64,000 bases of DNA from Octopus vulgaris. Lineage: Eukaryota. Under the pieces are notes generated by a model that ran no database searches, was not told the origin of the DNA, and saw only the letters and a list, made by a program, of their open reading frames with translations. Both the position numbers and the translations under genes were made by a program. Position 1 is the first letter of the stretch, and every line of letters starts with the position of its first letter. Below, one piece after another: positions 22,413 through 36,309 of this stretch. The stretch lies in assembly GCA_951406725.2 (NCBI GenBank), contig OX597823.1:42284001-42348000 (forward strand), given 5' to 3'.

Positions 22413-22956
22413 ATAATCCCCCAGTCATTTATTAACAACAGAAATATGTTGAATACTGGTAAAGATATCAACATTGATAGCAACAATGTTCATATTGGTT
22501 GTCATCATCATCATCATTACTGTTTTAATGACCACTTTGCCATGCTTGCATGGGTTGGATGGGATTTCTTGAGGCAGATTTTTTTGCAGCCAGATGTACT
22601 TCCTGTTCAACCCTCATTTACTTCCAAGCAAGGTAATACTTCTTTATGGCTGGGCATAGCATGTTTAAAGGGAAGATTATATGTCAAATAGCATCACTTG
22701 TTTGAGAGTGACATTCATTTACTACTATCATGTGATGTAAAGACAGAGAAACATTCACACACACATACATGCACACTGATATATATATATACATACACAA
22801 ATATAAATACATGCACAGATATATATATATATATCACCGTGATCACCGTAACTGACCAGGCTATCAGATGTTGCTACACGTCGCTGGTCACAATGCGCTT
22901 CACATTGTTTTAGCCTTCAAATGATGCCACTCTGCTGGCTAAGCGACCAGGCGAAC

Positions 22957-23007
<51 letters not shown>

Positions 23008-23719
23008 TATATATATATATATATTAAAAACATATAAGTATATACAGACACAGACACCACACACAATGAGTTTCTTTAAATTTCCCTCTATCAAATACTA
23101 CTCACAACGTTTGAAGCTATATTAGAAAACACTTGCCCAAGGTGCTGCTCTGTGGGACTGAACTTGAAGCTACATGACTAGGAAGTGAACCTCTTAACCA
23201 CAAAGTCATAATAGAAATGATGATCAAACTAACAGAAGTGACTGGTAGAGTCATTATTTGAGTGTTGGATAGAATGCCTTAATGTATTTGTTTTGATTCT
23301 CTATGCTCTGAGTTCAAATCACACCTAGGCCAACTTTGTAAAATATTGCAAAATATGAATGTTCATGGTGAGAACATCTTTGATCACAGGCTTGTTCATC
23401 AGAGCTGACCTAAGGTTAAACAACAACCACAACACAGATATCATCAACAAGACAGTAATACTATCATAATAATGGTTTCTGGTTTGGGCAAAAAGAGAAT
23501 AGTTTCAAGGGGAGGGGGTTAGTCAATGCCATCAACCACAGTACTAGTAGACTCCTAATTTGTTTTATCGACCCTCACCTAAGTTGACTTTAGAAGGATT
23601 TGAACTCAGAACATAAAGAGGTGGAATATCAGGAAGTGTTTTGTCATTGTTCTAATGATTTGCCAACTTGCTTCCTTGTAAATATTATTGTAATAACAAT
23701 ATTCATCAACAGAAAAATT

Positions 23720-24160
23720 AATTACTACAATCTTTGCTACCACCACCACCACAAACACTACCATCATAATTATTACAGTCACCACAACTATCATCATATC
23801 TATCATCCCCCACAACCACTACCACATATCTATCACCACCACCACCACAACTACCACAACCACTACTATCATAAATATCACCACCACTACAACCACAACT
23901 ACCATCACAACCACTATCATCATAACTATCACCACCACCACAACTACCACCAACCACCACTACAACTACCATCATAACTATCACCACAACCACAACCCCC
24001 ACTATAACCACTACCATCATAACTATTATTGCCACCACCATAACCATTACCATTATAACTATCGCCATCACCACCAGAACCTCAACCATCATAACTATCA
24101 CCACCACCATCACCACTACAATCATCCTCACTGCACTACTACAACACTAGCCACCATTAT
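23720..24160. repeat. (ACC/ACT/ATC)n low-complexity trinucleotide tract
   Basis: Direct reading; it produces the His-rich and Val-rich spurious ORFs. A similar tract lies at 52570-53210. Confidence 0.9.
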
Positions 24161-24185
24161 CATCTCATATAAAATAGCCCACATT

Positions 24186-24225
<40 letters not shown>

Positions 24226-24971
24226 ACAGACAGATAGATAGACAGCATAGCCCATCATCTCACCACAACTGCCATTATGAACCGAGAATCTGCTACCATT
24301 ATCATAACAGATACAACTACAGTCAGCACTACCATTACCGACTCCTGACTTACAACTTACAAATAGAGAAGAAAAAGAAAACATTTTTTTCTTCACTATT
24401 TTATAATACAAATTACCTTGCTAAATTTCCAGGTGAACACTTGTTAGTAAGTAATTTGCGTCATTATCTCAGGCACATCATTTCATCAGGCAATTTTTCA
24501 TGTAAACCTCCTTGTTAATGCAGGTATATTTTTTTATATTTTTACATAGATAAATATGCAGTCATAGTTTATTTGCGTGGTTGTTTTGTTTTGTTTTGTT
24601 TTGTTTGATGCTGTTGCTTTTATTTTTTTGTGTGTGTTTTGTGGTAGCACTATGATGGTGCATAGGTGTCGGGCATGTTGCTTCCTGTTATTAAGGTGTC
24701 GTATGTCCTATAATTACAGGGAACTAAACAGGTATTACTGATGAAATTAGAGATAGGCTTTCTTTTGGGTATGTGCGCTAGCGATTTCTACTTTTAGCAA
24801 CTGCATATAGCACACAAAAATACTTGTGCAAGCATCTCTGTGTGTGTCTATGTGTAACACAGCACAGCTAAAAGTACAAATTGTAGTAATATTATGCACA
24901 CACATAAACACACACACACACACACATGTATGTATGTATATGTGTAAATATGTATATTTGTACTCATATAC

Positions 24972-25002
<31 letters not shown>

Positions 25003-25076
25003 TATGAATGTATTTATATACATATATGTGTGTATGTATATTTGTACACATACATATATGAATACACATATGTATA

Positions 25077-25119
<43 letters not shown>

Positions 25120-25689
25120 CATACATACATTTATAGATATATATATGCATACATTTATGTATATACATGCCTGTGTGTGTGTATATATGTACATATCTAT
25201 AAACATGTACAAATAATATATAGGTGCGTGCATTTGTGTGTATGTCTAAGAATGTATGAATGTATGTATGTATGAATAAATGGACAGATGAACAGAAGAT
25301 TGTTCAACTCAGAAAGAAAAATTACTCTTATTGCTATTAGTTTATATGAACAATCTTGATGCTGGAATTTTTTTCTCTTTTGGCTTAAATCACAAACAAT
25401 TTGACCTAACCTATATTATACTCTTGCATGAAAACTGATAAGATAATAATAATAAAAAAAAAGATAGTTATAGAATGCCCCTAATATGTAATATCAAACA
25501 AACTAGATACTCCAATGGCAATCAACTGATTCCAGTTCTTAGAATCTTTCTGGACCTTATAGGTAATGTTAACACTACCACCTCAACTATGAAAAGATAT
25601 GAAACTTCCAAAAATAAAAACTATTTCTACCAAAAGCAGCTTGACATTCTTGCTTCTACTTTCATTTGTAAAAAATTGGAACTTTATCC

Positions 25690-25995
25690 GTTACGCTGAT
25701 GAAGGTTCCAGTTGATCTGATCAACAGAACAGCCTCCTCATAAATTAATGTACAAGTGGCTTAGCATTCCACAGACATGCATACCTTAAACATAGTTCTC
25801 AGGATAATTCAGCATGACACAGTATGTGACAAGGCTGGCCCTTTGAAATACAGATACTACTCATTTTCGCCAGCTGAGTGGACTGGAGCAATGTGCAATA
25901 ATGTCTTGAAGGATGCAATACATCACTGGAAATTGAACTCACGACTTTATGATTGTGAGCCAAATACCACTCACCACTTAGCCAATGCACCTTCA
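25690..25995 (-). mobile_element. tRNA/CORE SINE (family sharing its 3' part with 47699 and 59129)
   Basis: GTTCCAGTTGATC..CAAGTGGCT.AGCA.TCCACAGAC...GTGACAAGGCTGGCCCTTTGAAATACAG, then CAGCTGAGTGGACTGGAGCAA. Confidence 0.75.
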
Positions 25996-26100
25996 CTTTT
26001 ACTTGTAGATCTATTGTAAATCAATCATAGACTTCTGTAGTGAACTTGGCAATCATTCTCTTTTCTTTCTTCCTGGAATTATATCTTTCAGAGGAACTCT

Positions 26101-26514
26101 TTACTCTCTCTTTTACTATTTTACTTGTTTCAGTCATTTGATTGCGGCCATGCTGGAGCACCGCCTTTTAGTTGAGCAAATCGACCCCAGGACTTATTCT
26201 TTGTAAGCCTAGTACTTATTTTATCGATTGCTTTTGCCGAACCGCTAAATTACAGGGACGTAAACACACCAGCATCGGTTGTCAAATGATGTCGGGGGGG
26301 GGGGGAAGACAAAAAGACACAAACACACACATTTATATATATACATATTTATGATGGGCTTCTTTCAGTTTCCATCTACCAAATCCACTCACAAGGCTTT
26401 GGTTGGCCCGAGGCTATAGTAGAAAACACTTGCCCAAGGTGCCATGCAGTGGGACTGAACCTGGAACCATGTGGTTCGTAAGCAAGCTACTTACCACACA
26501 GCTGCTCCTGCGCC
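26101..26514 (-). mobile_element. Full-length tRNA/CORE-head SINE (tail A)
   Basis: Close reverse complement of 49821-50272, with GGTTCAGTCCC B-box, GGCACCTTGGGCAAGTG core and internal microsatellite. Confidence 0.85.
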
Positions 26515-26907
26515 TTCAACTTTGAAATACCTACCATAGTTAATGGCATATATGACTCACAATTTTTCAGAAAATGTCTCAAAAATATCACTGGGAGTCC
26601 TATTTGTGAATTTGGATTCTATTCCATGCTTTAATGCACTAAAACTTTATTTCCTCATTATGTGCATCTACTATGCCCATGTGTGTGTATTATACCATCA
26701 AATATTGTAATTTGAAACAATTACAATTAAACATTGGGCTATCATGTTCAAACTGTTAATTATTAAAATTTGATTGACATTCATTTAAAAAACTATCATA
26801 TAAGCATTGTTGCAATTCTTCTGATGAGCAAAAACAAATATCTACTAAGTCAAGCATTTAAACATGCATCAGTTTACATTGGTTATTCATAGAGTAACTG
26901 ATATGAA

Positions 26908-26945
<38 letters not shown>

Positions 26946-29349
26946 CATGCACACATACACACGCATACACACAATATATTGTTGCAGGGTTTGATATATA
27001 CACAATATAATTTATAGTGTTTAAACATTGAAATATTCTGCTACAAAGATTAACAAATTCACCCAAATACAGAGACATAAATGGAGGTAAAAAACAGAGA
27101 GAGAGAGAGAGAGAGATCATATTCTTATGTTGTATTGTGTTGTAACTGTTTGATATCACATAAGATTAGAAGATATATTAAATACAAAGAAAGTAAAACA
27201 GCATAGAAACAACTTAAGGGAGAGAAAAAAAAAAGTCACCAACAATATCAGATTTAAATTCATTCATGTCAAACTACATTCCCAAAGATTATTTTCTGGT
27301 TTTTACTGGAATGGAAAGGAGTCAGATATTTTTTTTCTTTTTCTTTTACTTCTTTCTTTTTTCTGCAACGTCTTTGAGTTTTTGAAATTCTTTTCAAGAT
27401 GTGCCAAACTCAAATGACAATGAACTGTAATCCAAACGAGGAAGAAAGTTGAAATAAATCTCCAGCTACTGTATTTCTAATTCTTTTCTTCTTCAGACAT
27501 AATATTGTTCTAGTACCTGGATATATTTCAATAGCACACATTCAATAGCTTGTAAACAAGTGTGTGTATGTGTGTATGTGTGTGTGTGTCTGCGAGTGTG
27601 TGTGTGTACTCAAAAAATTTCAGCGTGAACTTGTATGAAAATATGCATATATATTCTTCAATATATACAGACACACAAGATGCACACACATGTACACACA
27701 CATGTATATATGCATACATACATGTACACACACATACATCTACATATATATTTTATTATCATCATCTTCATCGTTTTATGCCTGCTTTCTATGCTGGCAT
27801 GGATTGGACAGGTTGCCAAAATCTGAGTCAGCTGATATTTAGAGATATGACTCACCAAGAAAGATCAGAAAATTTCATCTTACTGATGTATTTTGTTCTA
27901 CAGCTGGACACTCATTTATTCGTAGATATATGTACATATCACCAACATCATCACTTAATATCCATGTTCCGTGCTGTTTTAATTTTGATAGGTGTGGACA
28001 TGTTAGTGAGGTTAAGATCACTTTACAATTATTTGGTTTCAGGTTTAGTCCTACTCAATGATACCTTGGACAAGTGTTTTCTATTATAGCTCCATGTGAA
28101 CCAATGCCTTGTGAATGAATTTGGTAGACAGAAATGATGTGGAAGCTCCTTGTATATATGTGTGTTTCTTTACACTTGTGTTTGTCCCACCACTAATTGA
28201 TAGTTGTTGTCTCAATAACTTTGCAGTTAGTCTGATAGAATAAGTACAAGGCTTAAAACCAAAATTAAGCACTGGGGTTAATTCCTTGAAGATGGTGCCC
28301 CAATATAGCCACAATCCAATAAATGAAACAAGTGAAGTGATAAAATGAAAAAAAATGTCTTTTATAAGGATCAATGGTATTTAATTTGACAGGCTTCTGA
28401 TTTAAGCAACCTATATAACCTCTCGTAACTTTTCTAACTTTTGGAATTTTCAGAAAATTTTTGTGAATTTATGTTTTACACGGGAATTCACATGATTATA
28501 AAAAAAAATTTTCACTTTTTAAAACCAATCCCTCCCCACACACACACACATGCAAATCCTAAAAGTTCCACTCTTTTTCAATTTCTTTTTTTTTTTGTCA
28601 GTTTAAAATACAGAGAATTTGAATTTTTTGCTGAAATCCCAGCAATGGACTACCTTTGAGTGCATCATCATTCCATTATATGTGTTTATGGGGAGAAAAA
28701 TATGGAAAAATATCAATACATGTCAGACAAAGAAACAAGGAAGGTATCAGGTGGTCATTAGATGTGCTAAAAACAACAGCTAAATTCCCCTTAAGTCACA
28801 CAAAAGTTTTATTTTTTTGCATAATTGTATGAATTCTGGTGTGTAGAGCTCAAATTAACAAGATGCTTTTGAAAATTCATAAAAAATATCAAAAGTCATG
28901 AGGGTTTATATGATGTATTTAAACCAGAATTCTGCCTATAATTTGGTAGAATTCTTAACCTTTTAGATTAAAGGTGAATGGTTACAGACTTTAAAACAGT
29001 AAACTGTTATCAAACATATAGTGATCTGTTTGGTAATTAATCACCCACTGAAAGAGGTGAGCTGTGGGAAAGTTGGAAGGGATGATACTGAGAATGATGG
29101 CTGAATTAATGGAAATTGTTCAAGAAGATAAGATAATTAGTGGCCTGAAAGGGAAAAAATATGGGCATATTCTGCTGCCATATGATTTCAGTAACGGAAC
29201 AATGCTGTTGGTAGAAGAGTGATGGTGAGATAGATGTTAGGAAGATGAGAGGTGGAGAAAACTTGACAGGAACAGTATGAGTGCAGAGGTGAAACCCAGT
29301 GAATGTAAAAACTGAAGCATAATGTTTTTATGGCATCACTCTCATTGTG

Positions 29350-29670
29350 ATGGACAGGTCATCTCAAGCACAATGCAGAAACCAATCATCTCAGTCCTTT
29401 GTCATTGCTACCCTGTGGCTCAACCATTGAGATCAGCCTTTGTGAGTCTCCCTCTTCCACAAGCTCCATCTTTATGTATCTGTCCTCATCCATACTCACA
29501 TGTCCACAGCAGAAGAGTTTTCTCTCTTTCAAACTACATTTGATTTTTCTCTCAACATATTCACACTTTGTTCTGCATGCACACTAATGTTGCATATCCA
29601 TTGGAGCATACTGACTCCATTCCCGTTTAGTCTTCGCATGGTTTCTGCATTCAGGGCCCATGTGTACTAG
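29350..29670 (-). mobile_element. RTE LINE ORF 3' fragment (decayed)
   Basis: Minus strand TWALNAETMRRLNGNGVSMLQWICNISVH..SVNMLREK. Confidence 0.7.
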
Positions 29671-29861
29671 TTGACTAATGTTTAATGAGTAATGAGAAAT
29701 AAGATAAAAAGCAGATACTTGTATATTAATTTACAAAGTTAGTATATCATTATTATCTATATAATGTTATTGTCCTCTGACAGCTGATTTATGTTACTGT
29801 TTGGGAACAACATAATTTGTCTGTCAGGAGACTGCAGTATTATGATAATGATAATAATAAT

Positions 29862-29904
<43 letters not shown>

Positions 29905-29926
29905 GTAATGGTAATAATTACTTTAA

Positions 29927-30110
29927 CAGAAGTACGTGGAACAAATAGGGGCTGCAGTAAGGGTGGAGCACTTGCAGAAAACAGCACTACTTGGAACTGC
30001 TCGAATACTCTGGATGGTACTTGAAAAATATGGGGTGTTACCTTAGCTCACAGGTAGTGAACAGCTGACACCGTAGTACATCTCCAGTGTTAGAAGCTGT
30101 GCAAAGACAA
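29927..30110 (+). mobile_element. R4/Dong-like RLE retrotransposon 3' end #1
   Basis: KYVEQIGAAVRVEHLQKTALLGTARILWMVLEK; follows (TAA)n at 29838-29920 and ends at TAAAATTATAATAATAA. Confidence 0.8.
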
Positions 30111-30127
30111 TAAAATTATAATAATAA

Positions 30128-30372
30128 AGCCAATTATTCTTGGTTCCTTGGGAACAGTATCAGAAGGCATCAAGAGGAATATAAAGGAAACTGAAATAGA
30201 GTGCCCGGTAGAACTGTTGCAAAAGGTTTGCCTCCTTGACTCAGCCACAATAATCAGGAAAGTATTGGATAGTTGATAAGATGAAAGCATGGTACCATAG
30301 ACTGCAGGCAGCAAGCTTACTATGCATGTAAAACTCCAGGAGTTACAAAACCTGAGATAAAAAGAAATAATA
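30128..30372 (+). mobile_element. R4/Dong-like RLE retrotransposon 3' end #2
   Basis: KPIILGSLGTVSEGIKRNIKETEIECPVELLQKVCLLDSATIIRKVLDS* (stop 30274-30276). Confidence 0.8.
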
Positions 30373-30404
30373 CCCCAGTAGTCAAAGGGACACTGAGTAA
30401 CTCT

Positions 30405-30735
30405 CATTGCAGTCGTTTTAGGAGAACTAAGAGAGTAACTGTCATCCCAGTAGTTGTAGAGGCACTCGAATCATTAACAACCAAGTTCAAGAAATATGTC
30501 AAAGAAATTGGAATTGACATGAGGGCAGAGCATGCCCCCAAAACTACTCTATTGGGGATAAATAAGATTTTGAGATTGGTACTTGGGTGTTGAGTATCTT
30601 CCACAATACTTCACACCTAAATACCAAGTTTTATAATTTGTGGAGACACTGTGAGACCTTTGACTACAGGATGGTGTCTGTTCTCATAGAATTAACCAGA
30701 GCAAGTAAGATTGAGAGCTCTGAGAAGTAAATTAT
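30405..30735 (+). mobile_element. R4/Dong-like RLE retrotransposon 3' end #3
   Basis: RRTKRVTVIPVVVEALESLTTKFKKYVKEIGIDMRAEHAPKTTLLGINKILRLVLGC* (stop 30591-30593). Confidence 0.8.
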
Positions 30736-30830
30736 TCAAAATGGCTGACGACAAGCATCACACTTGAAACTCAAGAGTACCAATGAATTTCAATAAAACT
30801 GTTTTGAGCCATATATATATATATATATAA

Positions 30831-31206
30831 GGTGTAGGCATGGCTGTGTGGTAAGAAGCTTGCTTCCTAACCACAAATTCCAGGTTCAGTCCCACTGTGT
30901 GAGGCCAACCAAAACCTTGTGAGTGGATTTGGTAGACAAAAATTGGAAGAAGCCCATCGTATATGTGTGTGTGTGTTTTGTGATGTGTTTGTCCCCCATC
31001 ACTGCTTGACAACCAGTGTTGGTGTGTTTATATCCCCATAACTTAGCAGTTCAGTAAATGAGACTGATAGAATAAGTACCAAGCTTAGCAAAATAGGAAA
31101 AAATACTAAATCCTAGAGTAAATTCATTAGACTAAAAATTCTTCAAGGTACTGCCCTAGCATGGCCATACTCTAATGACTGAAACGAGTAAAAGATAAAA
31201 GATAAA
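30831..31206 (+). mobile_element. tRNA/CORE-head SINE (tail A) with core deletion
   Basis: Matches 49821-50272 except for a deletion after CCCACTGTGTG; sits next to (TA)n. Confidence 0.8.
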
Positions 31207-32711
31207 TACATGAATACACACACACACATACACATATATAGTGAAAGAGAGAAAGAGAGAGAGGTTATCTGTGTATATCCGTGTATGTTATTTATGAATG
31301 GTTCTAATTCCCAGTACAGCCAACAATTCTCCCCTACAGCCACCACTGAAATATTCCACATACTGTATGACCAATGCAGATCAGTCTTCTTTCTTTCTTG
31401 CTTGCTTTCTTTCTGTCTTTTCATTATTATATTCCTTATTCCTACCTACTTGTTCTCATGTGAGGAGAAATCTAAATAACTATAGTACAGACCACCAGAA
31501 TTACTTGTCTCAGTCTTGTACTTCACTCAGTACTTTGTCACAAAATCATCCAACCTCTCTCTCTCTCTCTCTTTCACACCTTATATATTATAGCAAAGAT
31601 ATTCCTTTGGCGTAAATTCATTAGCTGTGTCAGGACTCCTCATACTACCAGTGAATGCGTGTCCTTAACTTACCCAACTCTTGTTAAATGAGAGAGAGAG
31701 AGAGAGGACAACTGCTTTACACCTGGTCATTTTTTTGACGCCTCCTCCTCCTCCTCCTTCCTTTTTCTCCTCTACCTCCTCCTCTTCCTCAGTTGCCTTA
31801 AAGAGTTACAGAGCATCTCCTTCAGAGACAAACTTATCAAAATCAATTTATACTGAAACTAATTGAAAAAGTGAATTTGTGGCATGAAATACAAGAGAGA
31901 TTATCAAGAATCAATAAAACAATGATAGATTTGGTATTATTATGCAGTAGACTGTCGTGGATTTTCATTTCTTCTTATTTCTATTTGTTAGTCTTCTTCT
32001 TGCTGCTCTAGTTCTTCCTTCTTTTCGTCCTTCTCTTATACACTTCTTAACATGCTATAGTAATTAGGTGTTCTGTTCTTAATTAATCTTATAAAATCTG
32101 ATTTTTACCTTGCCATCAAGGGAATTGACAAAAATCTTTCCTCCAGACCTTTTTTCTCCTACTGGTGGCATGGTGAAAGTGTGGAGAAGAGTTAGAGTGC
32201 TGTGTATTTGTGTGTGGAGGGATATCATCTGAAAATTGCTGTTGAGAAGGACAGATGGTTGCTACATTGGAGAAGAGAGAGAGAGAGAGCAAGCTGTACA
32301 GAGAGAAGGAAAAAAGGGAGGAGGAGACAAAGGAGGGAGGGAAGGAGGGAAGAAAGGAAGTAATTAAACTTTAGTTTATAATTTGATGGACTAATTAGCT
32401 GATGGCATTAAATTTCTGTGCACAGATTGTGTGGTCTCTTCTTTTATTGAAATAATAGAGAGTATACACATGTTATAGCAAAACTAAGTGCTTTACAGTT
32501 GTGATATGGAAAAAAAGACAATCATAAACATCACCATTAGCATCATCATCATCATCAACTTTATTGTTATAATCGTCATTATATTTTTTGTTTTTGAAGG
32601 GAGTGGGGAGGAGAAAGGAACATAAAAGAGCTGACACAGATGGGAAGCACTTAACATTCTTTGTGGTATTTAGTTATACACATATATGTTCTAAGAAACA
32701 ATTATATATAA

Positions 32712-33100
32712 TAATAATCCTTTCTACTATATAGGCACAAAGCCTGAAATTTTAGGGATCACATCGAAAATTTGGGATTACATTGACCTCAGTATTTCAC
32801 TGGTACTTAACTTATTGACCCCGAAGAGATGAAAGGCAAAGTCAGCCTCAGCAGAATTTGAACTTAGAACGTAACAACAGGTAAAATACTGCTAAGCATT
32901 TCATCCAGCATGCTAATGATTCTGCCAGCTCACTGCCTAAATAATAATGACCCTTTCTACTAAAGGCACAAGGCCTGAGATTTAGAGGGGGGTGCTAGTC
33001 GATTACATCGAATCCAGTGTGTAACAGGTACTTATTTCATCAGCTCTGAAAGGATGAAAGGCAAAGTTTACCTCAGTGGAATTCGAACTCAGAACATGAA
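32712..33100 (-). mobile_element. Two adjacent same-orientation Meta-type SINEs in (TAA)n context
   Basis: Both start (plus strand) ATAAT..CCTTTCTACTA..AGGCACAA.GCCTGA and carry GATGAAAGGCAAAG...GAACT.AGAAC. Confidence 0.8.
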
Positions 33101-33107
33101 AATGATA

Positions 33108-34190
33108 ATCATTTAATGTCTGTTCGTCCTGCTGGCATGGGGTGGATGGTTTGTAAAGAGCTGGCAAGTCAGAGGGCTATGTCTGTTTTCTGTTTTGGTA
33201 TGGTTTCTATGGTTGGATGTCCTTCCTAATACCAACCATTTTACAGAGTGTACTTAGTGCTCTTTTCATAGCACCAGCACTGGCAGGATTACCGAGTAAC
33301 TTGTAGGACAAAACAAAGTCCTTTTACTCAAGGGGAGCAGTATTGAATGAGATGGCTTTATTGGTTTTATGCTAGTTGATTAGAGGTTAGAAGAATAATA
33401 GCGGGATAGAGCTTGGTATCTTGCTGTAGAAGTGGCTCAAGGTTATCCCAGGCAGAGGAGAAGGGAGGGGGAGACTTATAGGGAGTGATAGATATAGGAG
33501 TGGCTCAAGAGGGGTGGTTATGTTAGATATGTGAGGGCATTAGGAGAGATAGGGGATGAAATAGATGATAATGATCGAGCGCATAGCTAAGAGGAGATGA
33601 GGAATGGATGCAGTTTTAAAAATGGTCTAACAGAGAGGTGAGGACAAGGCTAAAGATAGGTAATGAGGAATGGAAATGTTTCTGGAGAGGGTGAGAAAAG
33701 GGGAAGGAAACATAAGTATGGCATGTACGTAGTATGTGCCTGTTCTGCTTTCAGGTGATTATCATAGCTCAGTAATATCAAAGATAATGAAGTGGTGAGT
33801 GTAGAGAATTAGAGATGTGAGAGAACATCACAGGGCAGTAAGAATGGAGGTGGAGCATGGTTTTGCACATTCAAGCTTTTACTAAGGTGGTTTTAAGATA
33901 TCAATTCTGTTGTGGTGCATGGGTTTTCTCAAGTACAGCAAAGTGCCAGATATTTAGGTCCTTTGTCATCGCCTCCTTAAGGCTCGGCATCTTGAGATTG
34001 ACCCTAATACTTCCTCCCATGTCTTCCTGAGTTACCCTCTTTCACATGATCCATCCACTTTAAGTGATCAGCACTTCTTTACACAACTGTCATTGTCCAT
34101 ATGCTTCGCATGACTGATCCAGCACAGTTTCCTCTCTTTCACACTACATTTAATTCCTCTTATACCTAACTTTTCTCTCAGTGAACTTAT
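33108..34190 (-). mobile_element. RTE LINE 3' fragment with long 3' UTR
   Basis: ORF end at ~33920-34190 (LREKLGIRGIKCSVKER...MDNDSCVKKC...RKTWEEV); RTE tail at 33108-33280. Confidence 0.75.
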
Positions 34191-34949
34191 TGTGTACAAA
34201 TTTTATGGACACTACAACTTGTTGGAAATAATTAAGAGAGTGAATAAGGAGCAGGTATATAAGTCAAATAGAGAAAGACAGCAATGAAAGCTAATACATA
34301 CACAGCACACAGAATGAAACACAAAAATAGGGAGATAAATGAGGATATTAAAAGAATCTTAAAGAATAAGGGCTTATATGCACACCAGAGTAGTGTCAGC
34401 AAATGTCAGGAAGCATGAAATTTTTGAAGAATGTATGTTTCTGCAGTTAACAATGGATGTTAGTTCACTCTATGTTTTGATAACTCTGTGTGTGAATAAT
34501 GGTTTCTGAAAGTCTTGGATGCTCAGCTGTCTTGATTTTATAAGTATGTCCACACGTGAACTTGCTTATAAAATGTGCACCATTAGGTCTCAGAGCTTTC
34601 TAGTTTGGTATCTTTCTAAGTATCTATGGTTTTTCACTTCTGTGATATTTATATTCACTTGATCATCAACATTATCATTTTAAAGTCCACTTTCCATGCT
34701 TGCATTTGTTAAGGTATATTTTCTATCGCCAGATGTCCTTCCTGTCATCAACCCTGATTTACTTCCAAGTACAGTAATATATCCCCCATAACCAGACATA
34801 TTTTCATAAAAGATTAGAAATGGAAGAAACTACTTGCATGGCGGTGACACTTGTTTACAATCACCACATAAAGTCAAGGCAAAGTGGCAATAGAATACAC
34901 ACACATGCACACATATGCACACACACACACACACATATATACAATGCGT

Positions 34950-35185
34950 TACTTATTTCTTTAGTGCCCACAAGGAGCTAAACATAGAGGGGACAAACAA
35001 GGACAGACAAAAGGATTAAGTCGATTACATCGACCCCAGTGCATAACTGGTACTTAATTTATCGACCCCGAAAGGATGAAAGGCAAAGTCGACCTCGGTG
35101 GAATTTTAACTCAGAATGTAAAGACAGACAAAATACCGCTAAGCATTTCACCCAACGTGCTAACGTTTCTTCCAGCTCACCGCTT
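34950..35185 (-). mobile_element. Young Meta-type SINE
   Basis: Near reverse complement of 8847-9080. Confidence 0.85.
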
Positions 35186-36309
35186 TTCTATAGTTTCTTA
35201 TAATTTCTGCCTAGTAAGTCTATTCACAAAGTTTTGGTTGGGTGTGATATTGATTTTTATCTGACATTGCACTTGCTGTGGTGATAAGGTAATACATACA
35301 AAGGTGTTTTTTTTATCATAACATCATCTTTTGGAGATGGAGCAACAAAACAAGCCTAAGGAGCTTCCCAGCTCAATAAGACAGAGTGAAACCTACTGAA
35401 AGTCAACCTAGCATTTTCTGGTCTCAACCTATTGTTGTTGTTGTTGTCGTCATCGTCATCGTCACCTCTGTTGTTGTTGTTTTGCAATAATAGTGAAGAC
35501 ACATGACTGGTTAGGGTGTTATACTCATGATGGCTTCAATTCCTAGATTGGGTGGTGCGTTGTGTTCTTGAGCAAAACACTTCATCTCTTCAAGGTCATC
35601 ACTTCAACACCTGGCACATGGTACGCCATGCACCTGTTTGGGCAATGTTGATTTGATGGAGGGAGGGAGTTAATGTATGGCACATACATTTGTTCACTAT
35701 AAACAAAATATTTCTGCAAGTCATTTGGAAAAAGCTGCATACTAAGGCGTTGTCTTCAATGGAAGAGTCCATCATTATTATTACTAAGAGTAGTGCATGC
35801 AGTCAAAGTGCCACTAGAGTACATATAGGCAAAGCCTGATATACCAATCATAACTTCCCATCTGATAAAGGCACACCAGGTACATGCATCATAACCATAT
35901 GTGCATGACAGGGAGACCACATATCAAGATATATAGTGCATGACTTTGCAGATAGGTCCTAGTTAGTATTTTCTTCAGTAGCCCATCCCACTCAAAAGGA
36001 TGCTGAATAAGGGTTGTTTAAGGGTGATGAACAAAACACCTATCTTTCTGGGGTGAATCATTCCCAACACATGGCTATGATGCTGTCCCACTACTCTTGC
36101 TCATGATCAGAGATGCATGTACCAACAACTAAGGGACATACTCAACTAGTTAAGGTCAAGCAACTGACAAGCAAATATGCAGTATTGAGCAGAATATTTT
36201 CTGTAACCTATCAAGACAAAATGTACACAATAACACTTGCTATCATTTAAAGCCCAAAGCCTTGAGAGCCATTGCCTGCTATTACATTAGGGTATTTGTT
36301 GTTATAAAT

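Noticed and set aside
23600-24131. His-rich 125-aa and Val/Gly-rich 137-aa ORFs
   Set aside because: They arise from an (ACC/ATC/ACT)n low-complexity tract; no splice or domain support.
24433-24732. Tiny AG..GT intervals (24433-24446/24450; 24720-24731) as microexons
   Set aside because: Polypyrimidine tracts or donors are weak, and such intervals are common by chance in AT-rich DNA.
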